Part shown: positions 45,926 to 59,100 of the stretch, one piece after another
Position numbering within the stretch: position 1 is the first letter of the stretch
How the letters are laid out: each line of letters begins with the position of its first letter
Assembly: GCA_002269645.1 (NCBI GenBank)
Contig: NIVC01004028.1
Span: 1-63,857, forward strand
DNA length: 63,857 nt
Direction: 5' to 3'
From: Macrostomum lignano
Taxonomy: Eukaryota
The notes under the pieces: generated by a model
Told to the model about the DNA's origin: nothing
The model's input: only the letters and a program-made list of their open reading frames with translations
Database searches by the model: none
Position numbers and translations under genes: made by a program

Positions 45926-48074
45926 TGTGGTATCCTGTGTGGTGCAGTTTGGTTAAATTTTAAACATCAGAGCCATTAAGAGGAGTTACTGACTCCTTCA
46001 CCCATTTGGTAAATCTTTGCTTTTAAAAGCCTAGAAAATTTCTTCCTTCTTGGGCAACAGAAGCAAGACAGCAAGACGACCCTGCAACTTTTCAGGTTTC
46101 ACTCGGGGGACAGGTGATGGGATCTGCGCAATGAGGGATTTGTTTTTTGTTTGACTTGCGCAGGGCTTCACCGCAATCCTGTTTGAGCAGAGCTCAGCTG
46201 CAGCAACCGAAAGCATTTCGGATTTCTCATTCGATTGTGATGGCTTGTCAGCGCATCATCCACCTTTCCCTTTTTATCACCATAGATTCATGCATTAGCC
46301 ACGGCTAGAGAAATGCTTTTGAAATCTGTCTTTGCTGTCAAAGAAGATGACGAAGAGCTCAGTGGTTGCAGGAGGTTGTCTTTGGTCTTCTAAAAGAGGT
46401 CAGAGAGCAGACTGGCGGAACTGCTGGCATCTACATTCTTCCTAAGAATCACAGCGGCCGTCACGCAAGTTCTGAACGACAGTCAATTGAAATTCTCTCT
46501 GCTTTTTCTTGTGCATAGCCCGGCAGCTCCAGGAGCAGGGTCTGACAGCTGCGGCGCCTCTCAGCTGATCTCCCAGCCTCACTCTGTAGGTTTTAAGCAT
46601 CTCATCTGTCCCCTGTTCAACCAACCCCCCTTCCCGGACTGACTCAATTCTGGCGCCACGATGCTGACAAACAGTTGAGCTGCCCAGACTCCAGACAGAC
46701 TGACTGTTTCTCTTCTCAACAACAACATCATTATTGAGCTCAAATCTTTGCCCCGAGGAACTTAATAACTGTTTTTTTTCAGTTCCCTGTTCTAAAAAAT
46801 TTGAAGCAGTGCTGGGTTTAGTTTTAATGCTAGACAGTTTGCCCGGGAGCTATTATCTATCAGCTCTCTGCATGCTTAAGCTGCATCTCTGAATGGCTAC
46901 ACGCCTTCAAAAAGATTTCTCCTAGAAGAAGATCTAAGCAAGAAATTTCTCTTTCTCTTTAAGCCGAGGGCAAAATCGCCAGTTGACAACCGTCCGTCAG
47001 CTGGTTGTCCGTCCTCTGCCCCCCCCCCCACCTCCTGTGCCCTGCGGCCTCGACAGGGATGTTAATGCGCGTCTCTGGCAGTTCCCCCAGCTGACCAACC
47101 AAGGATTCCCATGGAACTTGGAACCAGGGCTGACTTTAATGTGCATTTTACACACACAAAAACATTTGATTGAACCAATTTTTTGGTTGTAACTTGATCA
47201 CATTTTTTCAATTTTTGTGCTCAAATGCTGAACGTTTGAATTGAAGTATTCCAAGGACTTCTCTCTATTAGCGAGATATTCGAGGTTTAACAGCAGATTA
47301 TTGTCCATTGTGTGTACACAGAAATCTTTCACGATCTCCTTGGCCAGAAGTGACCAGAGGACAAGGGGGAAACTTCATATTTCTTTCGGATGGTCGCTAA
47401 CCCCAGCTCCAGCCCGTGGGAGAACTCGAACCCCCAGCCAGCAAAAACTTCCTAATAGATACGTTTCCCCAGCAGAGGCAGCGAGAAAATTTCCGTGTTA
47501 AATATCGTCTCCTAATAGCAGACCCGGATGCCCGGGCCCATAACGTTTTGACAGCTTCTATCCCCGTCCGTCTGGGGGGCAGCTTTGGAATTTCAAAAAA
47601 ATCCCACTTAGAAGGAAAGAATGGACGCCTGTTCCCAGATTCTCAGATCCCCATCCGTCCAGACCCCCCCCCCAGTTATATTGAAGCGCCCACTGACTGG
47701 CGGGCTTCAAACTTTCTTTTGTAGACAAAAAAGAAATGACACAGGAGGAGCCCCCCTGCTTATGTTCAATGGCGGCGCGGCTGCTATGAAAGAATAAAAT
47801 TGAAAATTGGGTGAGAGGGCAATGCGACGGAAAGGCATTGGGCCAGCTCACAGTGTCAGCTTGATTGGTTCCTTTTGTAGTCTTGCATTCTCCCCGCCTT
47901 TCTCTAACTCCTTTATCTGCTCTCTACTCTCTCCCCTCTCCTTTCTCCGCTCTATACCCTCCCTAGAACTCTATTTGCCCTTTATAATCTTGCAAAATGT
48001 CATATTCTACATTTGTATAATTAACTGTCTAGATTAGAATACAGATTAGAAGTAGGCAATCGTGTGTGCATCTG

Positions 48075-48960
48075 TCTAATCTCTCTCTCTCTTATCGCTC
48101 TCACCTGTCTTATCTCTCTCTCACCTGTCTTATCTCTCTCTCTCTCACTTGTCTTATCTCTCTCTCACTTGTCTTATCTCTCTCTCACCTGATCTCTCTC
48201 TTTCGTCTTCTTATCTCTCTCTCGCCTGTCTTATCTCTCTCTCACTTGTCTTTCTGTCTCTCCCTGTCTTTCTCTCTCTCACCTGTCTTATCTCTCTCAC
48301 CTGTCTTATCTCTCTCTCGCCTGTCTTATCTCTCTCTCACTTGTCTTTCTGTCTCTCCCTGTCTTTCTCTCTCTCACCTGTCTTATCTCTCTCACCTGTC
48401 TTATCTCTCTCTCACCTGTCTTATCTCTCTCTCTCACCTGTCATATCTCTCTCACCTGTCTTATCTCTCTCTCACCTGTCTTATCTCTCTCTCACCTGTC
48501 TTATCTCTCTCTCTCTCACCTGTCATATCTCTCTCACCTGTCTTATCTCTCTCTCACCTGTCTTATCTCTCTCTCTCACCTGTCATATCTCTCTCACCTG
48601 TCATATCTCTCTCACCTGTCTTATCTCTCTCTCACCTGATCTATCTCTCTTTCGTCTTCTTATCTCTCTCTCGCCTGTCTTATCTCTATCTCACTTGTCT
48701 TTCTGTCTCTCCCTGTCTTTCTCTCTCTCACCTGTCTTATCTCTCTCACCTGTCTTATCTCTCTCTCACCTGTCTTATCTCTCTCACCTGTCTTATCTCT
48801 CTCTCTCACCTGTCTTATCTGTCTCTCACCTGTCTTATCTCTCTCTCTCTCTCTCTCTCACCTGTCTTATCTCTCTCTCTCTCACCTGTCTTATCTCTCT
48901 CTCACCTGTCTTATCTCTCTCTCACCTGTCTTATCTCTCGCTCACCTTTCTTATCTCTCT
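48075..48960. repeat. CACCTGTCTTATCT(CT)n array
   Basis: Tandem ~18-24-bp units. Confidence 0.95.
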
Positions 48961-49614
48961 AGCTTCTCTATTACTTCTATGTATAACTTTTTTTCGCCTT
49001 TGTCACTTATTTTTTCGAACACACTGCTCTCTAGGCCATCTCAAAAGTATCTACTTCAGCTCTGTAATCAGCAGCAATCGACAAAGATTGCACAGCAGTC
49101 GCACACCTGCGGGATACCCTATAATTAGAAGCAAAATCGAGTTCAGAAGACACAGAATGTAAAAGTGTGCCATGTTTTACCAATAGCTATAATAGCCTTA
49201 TATTGCAGTCCCGCGTCATATAGACATATCATCTAGCCTCCATCCAGTCTCCATCTTTTATTAAAAATCAATCGGGGATCAGGGATAGAGGAAGGCGGAG
49301 CCAAAATCCCCGGGATTCTCAGGAGCGGAATGGATAATTCTCCGTCAAAATAGCCCAGCTTCTAGGGCAGAGCCGCCATAAAACTGTGCCCCAGCCGCCC
49401 CTGAACCGAAGTAAAAAGGGTCGCTTCCTCCTTCTGTCCAGCATAATAAAGTCGGAGAGGAAGTAAGAGGAGGGGAACTGCTCAACCCTCTATACTCGCT
49501 CCTTTATGCCTGCTCTCTCCTTCCTCTCCCATGCGTGGCCCATGGATTATTAGGCACACATAGATGCTTGGATTGGAAAGCAGAAATTGAATGAAATAAA
49601 CGCCATTTAATTTT

Positions 49615-51045
49615 TGCTTGTGGCATCTCAGCAACTCTCCCCCATTGAGCCATGGCATGTCAGCAACTCCCCCCCCCATTGAGCCATGGCATCTCAGCAA
49701 CTCCCCATTGAGCCATGGCATGTCAGCAACTCCCCATTGAGCCAATTGGCATCTCAGCAACTCCCCCATTGAGCCAATTGGCATCTCAGCAACTCCCCCA
49801 TTGAGCCATGGCATGTCAGCAACTCCCCATTGAGCCAATTGGCATCTCAGCAACTCCCCCATTGAGCCATGGCATGTCAGCAACTCCCCCATTGAGCCAT
49901 GGCATGTCAGCAACTCCCCATTGAGCCAATTGGCATCTCAGCAACTCCCCCATTGAGCCATGGCATGTCAGCAACTCCCCCATTGAGCCATGGCATGTCA
50001 GCAACTCCCCCATTGAGCCATGGCATGTCAGCAACTCCCCCATTGAGCCATGGCATCTCAGCAACTCCCCATTGAGCCATGGCATGTCAGCAACTCCCCA
50101 TTGAGCCAATTGGCATCTCAGCAACTCCCCCATTGAGCCAAGGCATGTCAGCAACTCCCCATTGAGCCAATTGGCATCTCAGCAACTCCCCATTGAGCCA
50201 ATTGGCATCTCAGCAACTCCCCCATTGAGCCAATTGGCATCTCAGCAACTCCCCCATTGAGCCATGGCATGTCAGCAACTCCCCATTGAGCCAATTGGCA
50301 TCTCAGCAACTCCCCCATTGAGCCAATTGGCATCTCAGCAACTCCCCATTGAGCCAATTGGCATCTCAGCAACTCCCCCATTGAGCCATGGCATCTCAGC
50401 AACTCCCCCATTGAGCCAATTGGCATCTCAGCAACTCCCCCATTGAGCCAATTGGCATCTCAGCAACTCCCCCATTGAGCCAATTGGCATCTCAGCAACT
50501 CCCCCATTGAGCCAATTGGCATCTCAGCAACTCTCCCCATTGAGCCAATTGGCATCTCAGCAACTCCCCCATTGAGCCAATTGGCATCTCAGCAACTCCC
50601 CCATTGAGCCAATTGGCATCTCAGCAACTCCCCCCCCATTGAGCCAATTGGCATCTCAGCAACTCCCCCATTGAGCCATGGCATCTCAGCAACTCCCCCA
50701 TTGAGCCAATTGGCATCTCAGCAACTCCCCCCCATTGAGCCAATTGGCATCTCAGCAACTCCCCCATTGAGCCATGGCATCTCAGCAACTCCCCCCCATT
50801 GAGCCAATTGGCATCTCAGCAACTCCCCCCATTGAGCCAATTGGCATCTCAGCAACTCCCCATTGAGCCATGGCATCTCAGCAACTCCCCCCCATTGAGC
50901 CAATTGGCATCTCAGCAACTCCCCCATTGAGCCATGGCATCTCAGCAACTCCCCCATTGAGCCATGGCATCTCAGCAACTCCCCCATTGAGCCATGGCGT
51001 CTCAGCAACTCCCTCATTGAGCCATGGCATCTCAGTAACTCCCCA
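49615..51045. repeat. 30/32-bp array GGCATCTCAGCAACTCCCCCATTGAGCC(AATT/AT)
   Basis: More than 40 units. Confidence 0.97.
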
Positions 51046-51644
51046 ATTGGGTTTTGGAATCTCAGCCAGTCCAGATTCTATACTTAAAAGCCGCATGAAT
51101 TAGTAGTCCATGACCTCTACATCCGGCTAAAGAAGCCAGAGGAGACCTGAGAACGGTTGGTGGACATCCCCAGCTTTTGCCAATCTGCAAGCAAAAGCAG
51201 ATTTTCCTTTGCTAATGGGGTGAGGGCGGAGGAAAGGATTAGGCTGGGAACGGATCGTCATAAAAGTCATAAAATGGGCGACCGCGGAGCCTCTGACTGG
51301 GGAGCTTTTTCCGAGCCCCCAACAGCGTCTCCAGCTCCAGCACCTCGGGGGGGGGATCCGTTCTGTGCAGCAGCTTCTGGTCATTTCCGCATTAATTATT
51401 GGCCATAACTATTTTGTTGCATATTTAGGCCCGCGAAGATCTGTAGATCTGACTTTTGGAGTTGCATGGCCCAGCACCCATTGATCTGTATGCAATTTAA
51501 ATCACTGCGATCTTTGTTTAAATGACTGGTTCACTGATATAGATTTTTTAAGAAAGTCAATTATAGAATTCAGACTTTTGGCGATAATTTTTAAAAACCC
51601 GGACGTGTTGGGCTCAGCCCGGACTTTTCAGCTCCAGCACCAGG

Positions 51645-52070
51645 AGCGCCATTTCAGTTGAGTAGGGTGTCATTTCAGTTGAGTAGGGCGCCATTTCAGT
51701 TGAGTAGGGTGTCATTTCAGTTGAGTCGGGTGTCATTTCAGTTGAGTAGGGTGTCATTTCAGTTGAGTAGGGTGTCATTTCAGTTGAGTAGGGCGCCATT
51801 TCAGTTGAGTAGGGCGCCATTTCAGTTGAGTAGGGCGCCATTTCAGTTGAGTAGGGTGCCATTTCAGTTGAGTAGGGTGCCATTTCAGTTGAGTAGGGTG
51901 CCATTTCAGTTGAGTAAGGGTGCCATTTCAGTTCAGTAAGGTGCCATTTCAGTTGAGTAGGGTATCATTTCAGTTGAGTAGGGTATCATTTCAGTTGAGT
52001 AGGGTGTCATTTCAGTTGAGTAGGGTGCCATTTCAGTTGAGTAGGGTGTCATTTCAGTTGAGTAGGGTGC
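51645..52070. repeat. 21-bp array CATTTCAGTTGAGTAGGGTGY
   Basis: About 20 units. Confidence 0.96.
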
Positions 52071-52454
52071 GCACATGCCCTCTTGTCCCGCAACCAGTAA
52101 CAGCCACTTTCAAGCCTACAATGACGAGGAAATGAAAAAATCCTTTCCTGCAAGAATCGTTTCAAGCAATCGTTAGATTTTCTGTTCAGATGGCTGCTGT
52201 TGACTCTACGGTCGCTTGTGGCGGCTTCCACCTTGGCTGAGTCGGCAAACACTTCGCGATAATTCTTGCATGCCATTTCACAGCCTTGCTCAGCCAAGCG
52301 CATGCATTGGTAGTTGAGCAAAAAAACACCGGAAAATAGCAAATAGCAAACGAAAATGGCTGACTTTTTGAAACCTTAACATTTTGCCTGACTGTCTTGA
52401 TTGGGTCAGTTTTAGAATGCTTTCGGATTTCTGACTTGGGCAGAAGTAAAAAAA

Positions 52455-53030
<576 letters not shown>

Positions 53031-53612
53031 CAATTAATTTTACACGCATGCCGAGTTGTGTGGCAGCTCAGCTGCTCAGTGACTCAGAGATTTCGCACGG
53101 ATTCCCCAAGGCTGCGGCAGTTCATAACAAGGTAGCCATGCACCGATTATCGCGAACGAATCTCTAAGCGCAAGGCTTATCTTAAATTGCGCGGATAAGT
53201 TGATAAATAACAGCTGAGACTGGCGGCGCGGAACACGCGCTGAGCTGAGTCCAGAAACTTCACCGCCGTCAATCTGGGCGCTGTGATTGATCGAGAAGCA
53301 ACTCACACAACAGCTGGGCATCTCTAGAGGGTCTCAGCCAGGAGAACACAAAAATGCTCACTGAATATTGGGAAGCTGGGTAATGCATGGTCTGAGTGGG
53401 CGGATAAAAGTTGGCGCCTCTGGGAGGGATTCGCTTCCCCGCCAACCCTCCCGCCCTGCCGCTCTGCTGACTAACGTGGGAAAAATTTCTTTTTTGAGAT
53501 GCAAGCGAGATGGAGGAGGGCGGGAAGAGAGAAAGATGGAGCAGTGGAGGTATGCGGTTACTTGGCTGTGGCTGAGCTGACAGCTTCCTGACTGCCGCTG
53601 CTGGATCACCAC

Positions 53613-56145
53613 TTGCTCTCTCTCCCTTTCTGTCTCCCTTTCTGTCTCCCTTTCTGTCTCCCTTTCTGTCTCCCTTTCTGTCTCCCTTTCTGTCTCCCTT
53701 TCTGTCTCCCTTTCTGTCTCTGTTTCTGTCTCTGTTTCTGTCTCCCTTTCTGTCTCCCTTTCTGTCTCTCTTTCTGTCTCCCTTTCTGTCTCCCTTTCTG
53801 TCTCCCTTTCTGTCTCCCTTTCTGTCTCCCTTTCTGTCTCCCTTTCTGTCTCCCTTTCTGTCTCCCTTTCTGTCTCCCTTTCTGTCTCCCTTTCTGTCTC
53901 CCTTTCTGTCTCCCTTTCTGTCTCCCTTTCTGTCTCCCTTTCTGTCTCCCTTTCTGTCTCCCTTTCTGTCTCCCTTTCTGTCTCCCTTTCTGTCTCCCTT
54001 TCTGTCTCCCTTTCTGTCTCCCTTCTGTCTCCCTTTCTGTCTCCCTTTCTGTCTCCCTTTCTGTCTCCATTTCTGTCTCCCTTTCTGTCTCTGTTTCTGT
54101 CTCCTTTTCTGTCTCCCTTTCTGTCTCTGTTTCTGTCTCCATTTCTGTCTCCCTTTCTGTCTCTTTTTCTGTCTCCCTTTCTGTCTCCCTTTCTGTCTCT
54201 GTTTCTGTCTCCATTTCTGTCTCCCTTTCTGTCTCTTTTTCTGTCTCCCTTTCTGTTTCCCTTTCTGTCTCTTTTTCTGTCTCCCTTTCTGTCTCCCTTC
54301 TGTCTCCCTTTCTGTCTCCCTTTCTGTCTCCCTTTCTGTCTCCCTTTCTGTCTCTGTTTCTGTCTCCATTTCTGTCTCCCTTTCTGTCTCTTTTTCTGTC
54401 TCCCTTTCTGTTTCCCTTTCTGTCTCTTTTTCTGTCTCCCTTTCTGTCTCCCTTTCTGTCTCCCTTTCTGTCTCCCTTTCTGTTTCCCTTTCTGTCTCCC
54501 TTTCTGTCTCCCTTCTGTCTCCCTTTCTGTCTCCCTTTCTGTCTCCCTTCTGTCTCTGTTTCTGTCTCCCTTTCTGTCTCCCTTTCTGTCTCTGTTTCTG
54601 TCTCCCTTTCTGTCTCCCTTTCTGTCTCCCTTTCTGTCTCTCTTTCTGTCTCCCTTTCTGTCTCCCTTTCTGTCTCCCTTTCTGTCTCCCTTTCTGTCTC
54701 CCTTTCTGTCTCCCTTTCTGTCTCCCTTTCTGTCTCCCTTTCTGTCTCTGTTTCTGTCTCCATTTCTGTCTCCCTTTCTGTCTCTGTTTCTGTCTCCATT
54801 TCTGTCTCCCTTTCTGTCTCTTTTTCTGTCTCCCTTTCTGTTTCCCTTTCTGTCTCTTTTTCTGTCTCCCTTTCTGTCTCCCTTTCTGTCTCCCTTTCTG
54901 TCTCCCTTTCTGTCTCCCTTTCTGTCTCTGTTTCTGTCTCCCTTCTGTCTCTGTTTCTGTCTCCCTTTCTGTCTCCCTTTCTGTCTCTGTTTCTGTCTCC
55001 CTTTCTGTCTCCCTTTCTGTCTCTGTTTCTGTCTCTCTTTCTGTCTCCCTTTCTGTCTCCCTTTCTGTCTCCCTTTCTGTCTCCCTTTCTGTCTCCCTTT
55101 CTGTCTCCCTTTCTGTCTCTGTTTCTGTCTCCATTTCTGTCTCCCTTTCTGTCTCTGTTTCTGTCTCCATTTCTGTCTCCTTTTCTGTCTCTTTTTCTGT
55201 CTCCCTTTCTGTTTCCCTTTCTGTCTCTTTTTCTGTCTCCCTTTTTGTCTCCCTTTCTGTCTCCATTTCTGTCTCCCTTCTGTCTCCCTTTCTGTCTCCC
55301 TTTCTGTCTTCCTTTCTGTCTCCCTTCTGTCTCTGTTTCTGTCTCCCTTTCTGTCTCCCTTTCTGTCTCTGTTTCAGTCTCCCTTTCTGTCTCCCTTTCT
55401 GTCTCACTTTCTGTCTCTCTTTCTGTCTCCCTTTCTGTCTCCCTTTCTGTCTCCCTTTCTGTCTCCCTTTCTGTCTCCCTTTCTGTCTTCCTTTCTGTCT
55501 CCATTTCTGTCTCCCTTTCTGTCTCCCTTTCTGTCTCCTTTTCTGTCTCCCTTTCTGTCTCTGTTTCTGTCTCCATTTCTGTCTCCCTTTCTGTCTCTTT
55601 TTCTGTCTCCCTTTCTGTCTCCCTTTCTGTCTCCCTTTCTGTCTCCCTTCTGTCTCCCTTTCTGTCTCCCTTTCTGTCTCCATTTCTGTCTCCCTTTCTG
55701 TCTCTGTTTCTGTCTCCTTTTCTGTCTCCCTTTCTGTCTCTGTTTCTGTCTCCATTTCTGTCTCCCTTTCTGTCTCCCTTTCTGTCTCCCTTTCTGTCTC
55801 CCTTTCTGTCTCCCTTTCCTTCTCCCTTTCTGTCTCCCTTTCTGTCTCCCTTTCTGTCTCCCTTTCTGTCTTCCTTTCTGTCTCCCTTTCTGTCTCCCTT
55901 CTGTCTCTGTTTCTGTCTCCCTTTCTGTCTCCCTTTCTGTCTCTGTTTCTGTCTCCCTTTCTGTCTCCCTTTCTGTCTCCCTTTCTGTCTCCCTTTCTGT
56001 CTCCCTTTCTGTCTCTTTTTCTGTCTCCCTTTCTGTCTCCCTTTCTGTCTCCCTTTCTGTCTTCCTTTCTGTCTCCCTTTCTGTCTCCCTTTCTGTCTCC
56101 CTTTCTGTCTCCCTCTCTCTTTCCTACCTGCCTCTTCCTTCTCCA
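53613..56145. repeat. 12-bp polypyrimidine satellite (TTTCTGTCTCCC)n, about 2.5 kb
   Basis: Direct reading; ends about 45 bp before the protocadherin ATG. Confidence 0.98.
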
Positions 56146-56188
56146 ATGAAAAAATCCTAGCCCACTGGAACCCACTCCAAATCCTAGG

Positions 56189-59100
56189 ATGAAACCGCGG
56201 CAGCTGACATCGCTGGCATCGTCAGTTTGCCGCGTGTGCCTCCTGCTCGGTCAGCTGCGCAGCGTCCTTTCGGTCAGTGTCGCTGGCCCCCAGTCCGCGG
56301 CTGTGCTGCAGATTGACGAGAAGCAGCCATCCGGTACGCCGGTAGGCAGCCTTCGAAGTCTCCTGCTCAAAGCCCTGAGCTGGGACGAGTTGGCGAACGC
56401 TACAGTAGAGCTGTACTACCCGGACGACCCCAGCAAGCTGGCTTTTGTGCCATTCCGGATCAGCCCCGGCAACAGCAGCCTGGTGGTCACGGCGGAGCGC
56501 ATCGATCGGGACCAGCTGTGCCAGAGCCGGCGAATCTGCTGCGACGCCAGCATGCGGCACCTGGACAACCGGCTGCCTGTGTGTGAGCTCAGCTTCCTGG
56601 CCATGGCCAGCAGCCGAGCCACTGGCAAGTACGACTCGCCTGAGTTCACCGTACGCATCGTGGATCTGAACGATCACCGGCCGAGGTTTAAGCTGCCGAA
56701 GTTCACTGTGCAGTTCCGAGAGACGAACCGGACTGGCCAGGGTGTGCAGCTCGAGCTCGCCGAGGACGCCGACTGGGGTCGCAACGGGGTGGTCAGCTAC
56801 CGGCTTCGCGACCGGAGCGACCTGTTTGAGCTGCAGCTCAGCCGGGACCCGGATCCGCGTTGGAGCGACTTCCGGGTCCAGGAGGTCCAGCTGGTGAACC
56901 GGCAGCCTCTGGATAGGGAGACCCAGGCCTGGCACCGCCTGCAACTGGTGGCCGAAGACGGCGACGGTAACTCCTCGGAGGTCGAGCTCAACGTCACCAT
57001 CGTTGACGTCAACGATTGCCGACCGGAGTTCGTGAACGCCAGCGGAACTCGCGTGACGGTGATGGAGGACGCCAGGCTCAACAGGGAGCTGTTCAGCGTT
57101 CTAGCCGTGGATCGAGACGAAGGCGCCAACTCTCGAGTGAAGTACAAACTGGCTGCGCGCGACAGTCCGTTTATGGTGCACGCGCACAGCGGTCACGTGT
57201 CGCTGTTTCGGCGGCTACGTTACGTAAAAGGTGGCAACAATGAGCACGAGTTGACGATTATAGCGTACGATAGTGGAACTCCGAGCCTGTCGAGTCAAAT
57301 TGTCCTGCAGGTGCGAATCTTCACTGGGTTTTTGGATTTAGTTTGGGAGGCTAACAACTGTTTGAGGACGTTAAACGATCTGTTTGAGGACGTTGGGATC
57401 TGTTTGAGGACGTTGGGATATGTTTGAGGACGTTTGGATCTGTTTGAGGTCTTCGGGATCTGGTTGAGGACATTGGGAACTGTTTGAGGACGTTTGGATC
57501 TGTTTGAGGTCTTCGGGATCTGGTTGAGGACATTGGGAACTGTTTGAGGACGTTGGGATCTGTTTAAGGACGTTGGGATCTGTTTGAGGTCTTCGGGATC
57601 TGGTTGAGGACATTGGGAACTGTTTAAAAACATTGGGATCTGTTTGAAGACATTCGAATCTGTTTGAGGACGTTGGGATCTGCTTTGAGGACATTGAGAT
57701 CTGTTTAAAGACATTGGGATCTGTATGAAGACATTGGAATCTGTTTGAGGACATTGGAATCTGTTTGAGGTCGTTGAGATTTGGTTAAGGGATCTTAAGA
57801 GTTGATTGCAGATCTTTCAACATCGCCAGACGCTTAGTGTCAGATTTTAGGCGGCAAAATGCATGGATAATTTTCTCGTTTCACTACTTGCACGTGCATT
57901 TGATGTCGCACCTTATGTCGCACTCGGCCTCCAACCAGGTGTCGGTAATCGACGTAAACGATCACAGTCCGGACATAAAAATCCGCGGAACGTCGGGCGG
58001 CCTCGACTCGGTCATCCGAGTGCAGGAGAACGTGCTGTACACGAGCGCCACCACTATTGGCGCGGTGCACGCGTCTGACGAAGACGATGGAATCAACGGC
58101 GTGTCGGACTGCCGGCTCGCTGGTTCATCTGGTCGCGGTGACTTCGGCCTCCAGCTCAAGCAGAAGCTGGACAGACAGCGCGGACTGATCTACCACCTGT
58201 ACGCCAGCAGGTCCTTCGACAGGGAGACGGCTGGTCAGCACCGCGTGACGATTTCGTGCAGCGACAGCGGAGAGCCGGTGCCGCGAACCAGCACGGCTGA
58301 GGTTGGCACTGACGACAAGCAATTTTACTGATGACCATTTTTTAGCATTCGATTGTGATTGCTCAATCGTCGAAGCGTAGCTTAGCTATTAGCGTGTCTG
58401 ACTCAGTCACATCAGTCACATCAGTCATCAGTCACATTAGTCACATTAGTCACATTCACATCAGTCACTTCAGTCACATCAGTCACATTAGTCACATCAG
58501 TCACATCAGTCACATTACTCTCATTACTCACATCAGTCACATTAGTGACATTAGTCACATTAGTCACATTCACATCAGTCACTTCAGTCACATCAGTCAC
58601 ATCAGTCACAATACTCTCATTACTCACATCAGTCACATAAGTCACATTGGTCACATTATTAGTCCATTATTCATAATGGTCACATAAATCAGTCAAATTA
58701 AGGCGCATATTTTGGTTTTCCATTGAAAGGCCAACCCGAATGGAACACAACATTCCAATACAAAAAGTACAATAATTATGTACTTTTACACTTAATTGTG
58801 CACTTGAAAAGGTGCGCTTCACCTGGTATGGAAAAACAAGCTTTTCTTCGTTTTGCATATTTGAACCATAGATCAACGTATTTTAGGGTATCAGGGCAAT
58901 GATGGAGGTAAAAGATAGCTCAGCCTCGGGATTGGAGCTTCAGGAAGATGCTCATTTGATTCACGCGGCCCCCAGTGAATAAAAAACCGCCCAGAGTGTC
59001 TTAGGTTTCGACTCAAATTTCACGCTGTACTTTTACCATTTTGCTAGAGGGTACTGTAGCTCAGACGCGATGTCACTCTGCCTCTTTCAAGGTGCGAATA

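Noticed and set aside
46030-47100. Possible decayed reverse transcriptase on the minus strand (VIKFLGAKI, LLLLPKKEE)
   Set aside because: Only two short motifs, in the wrong relative order, with no YADD or QG box
53269-56192. ORFs of 846-968 aa (ETERET, RQKG, LSPF)
   Set aside because: Translations of the 12-bp CT satellite
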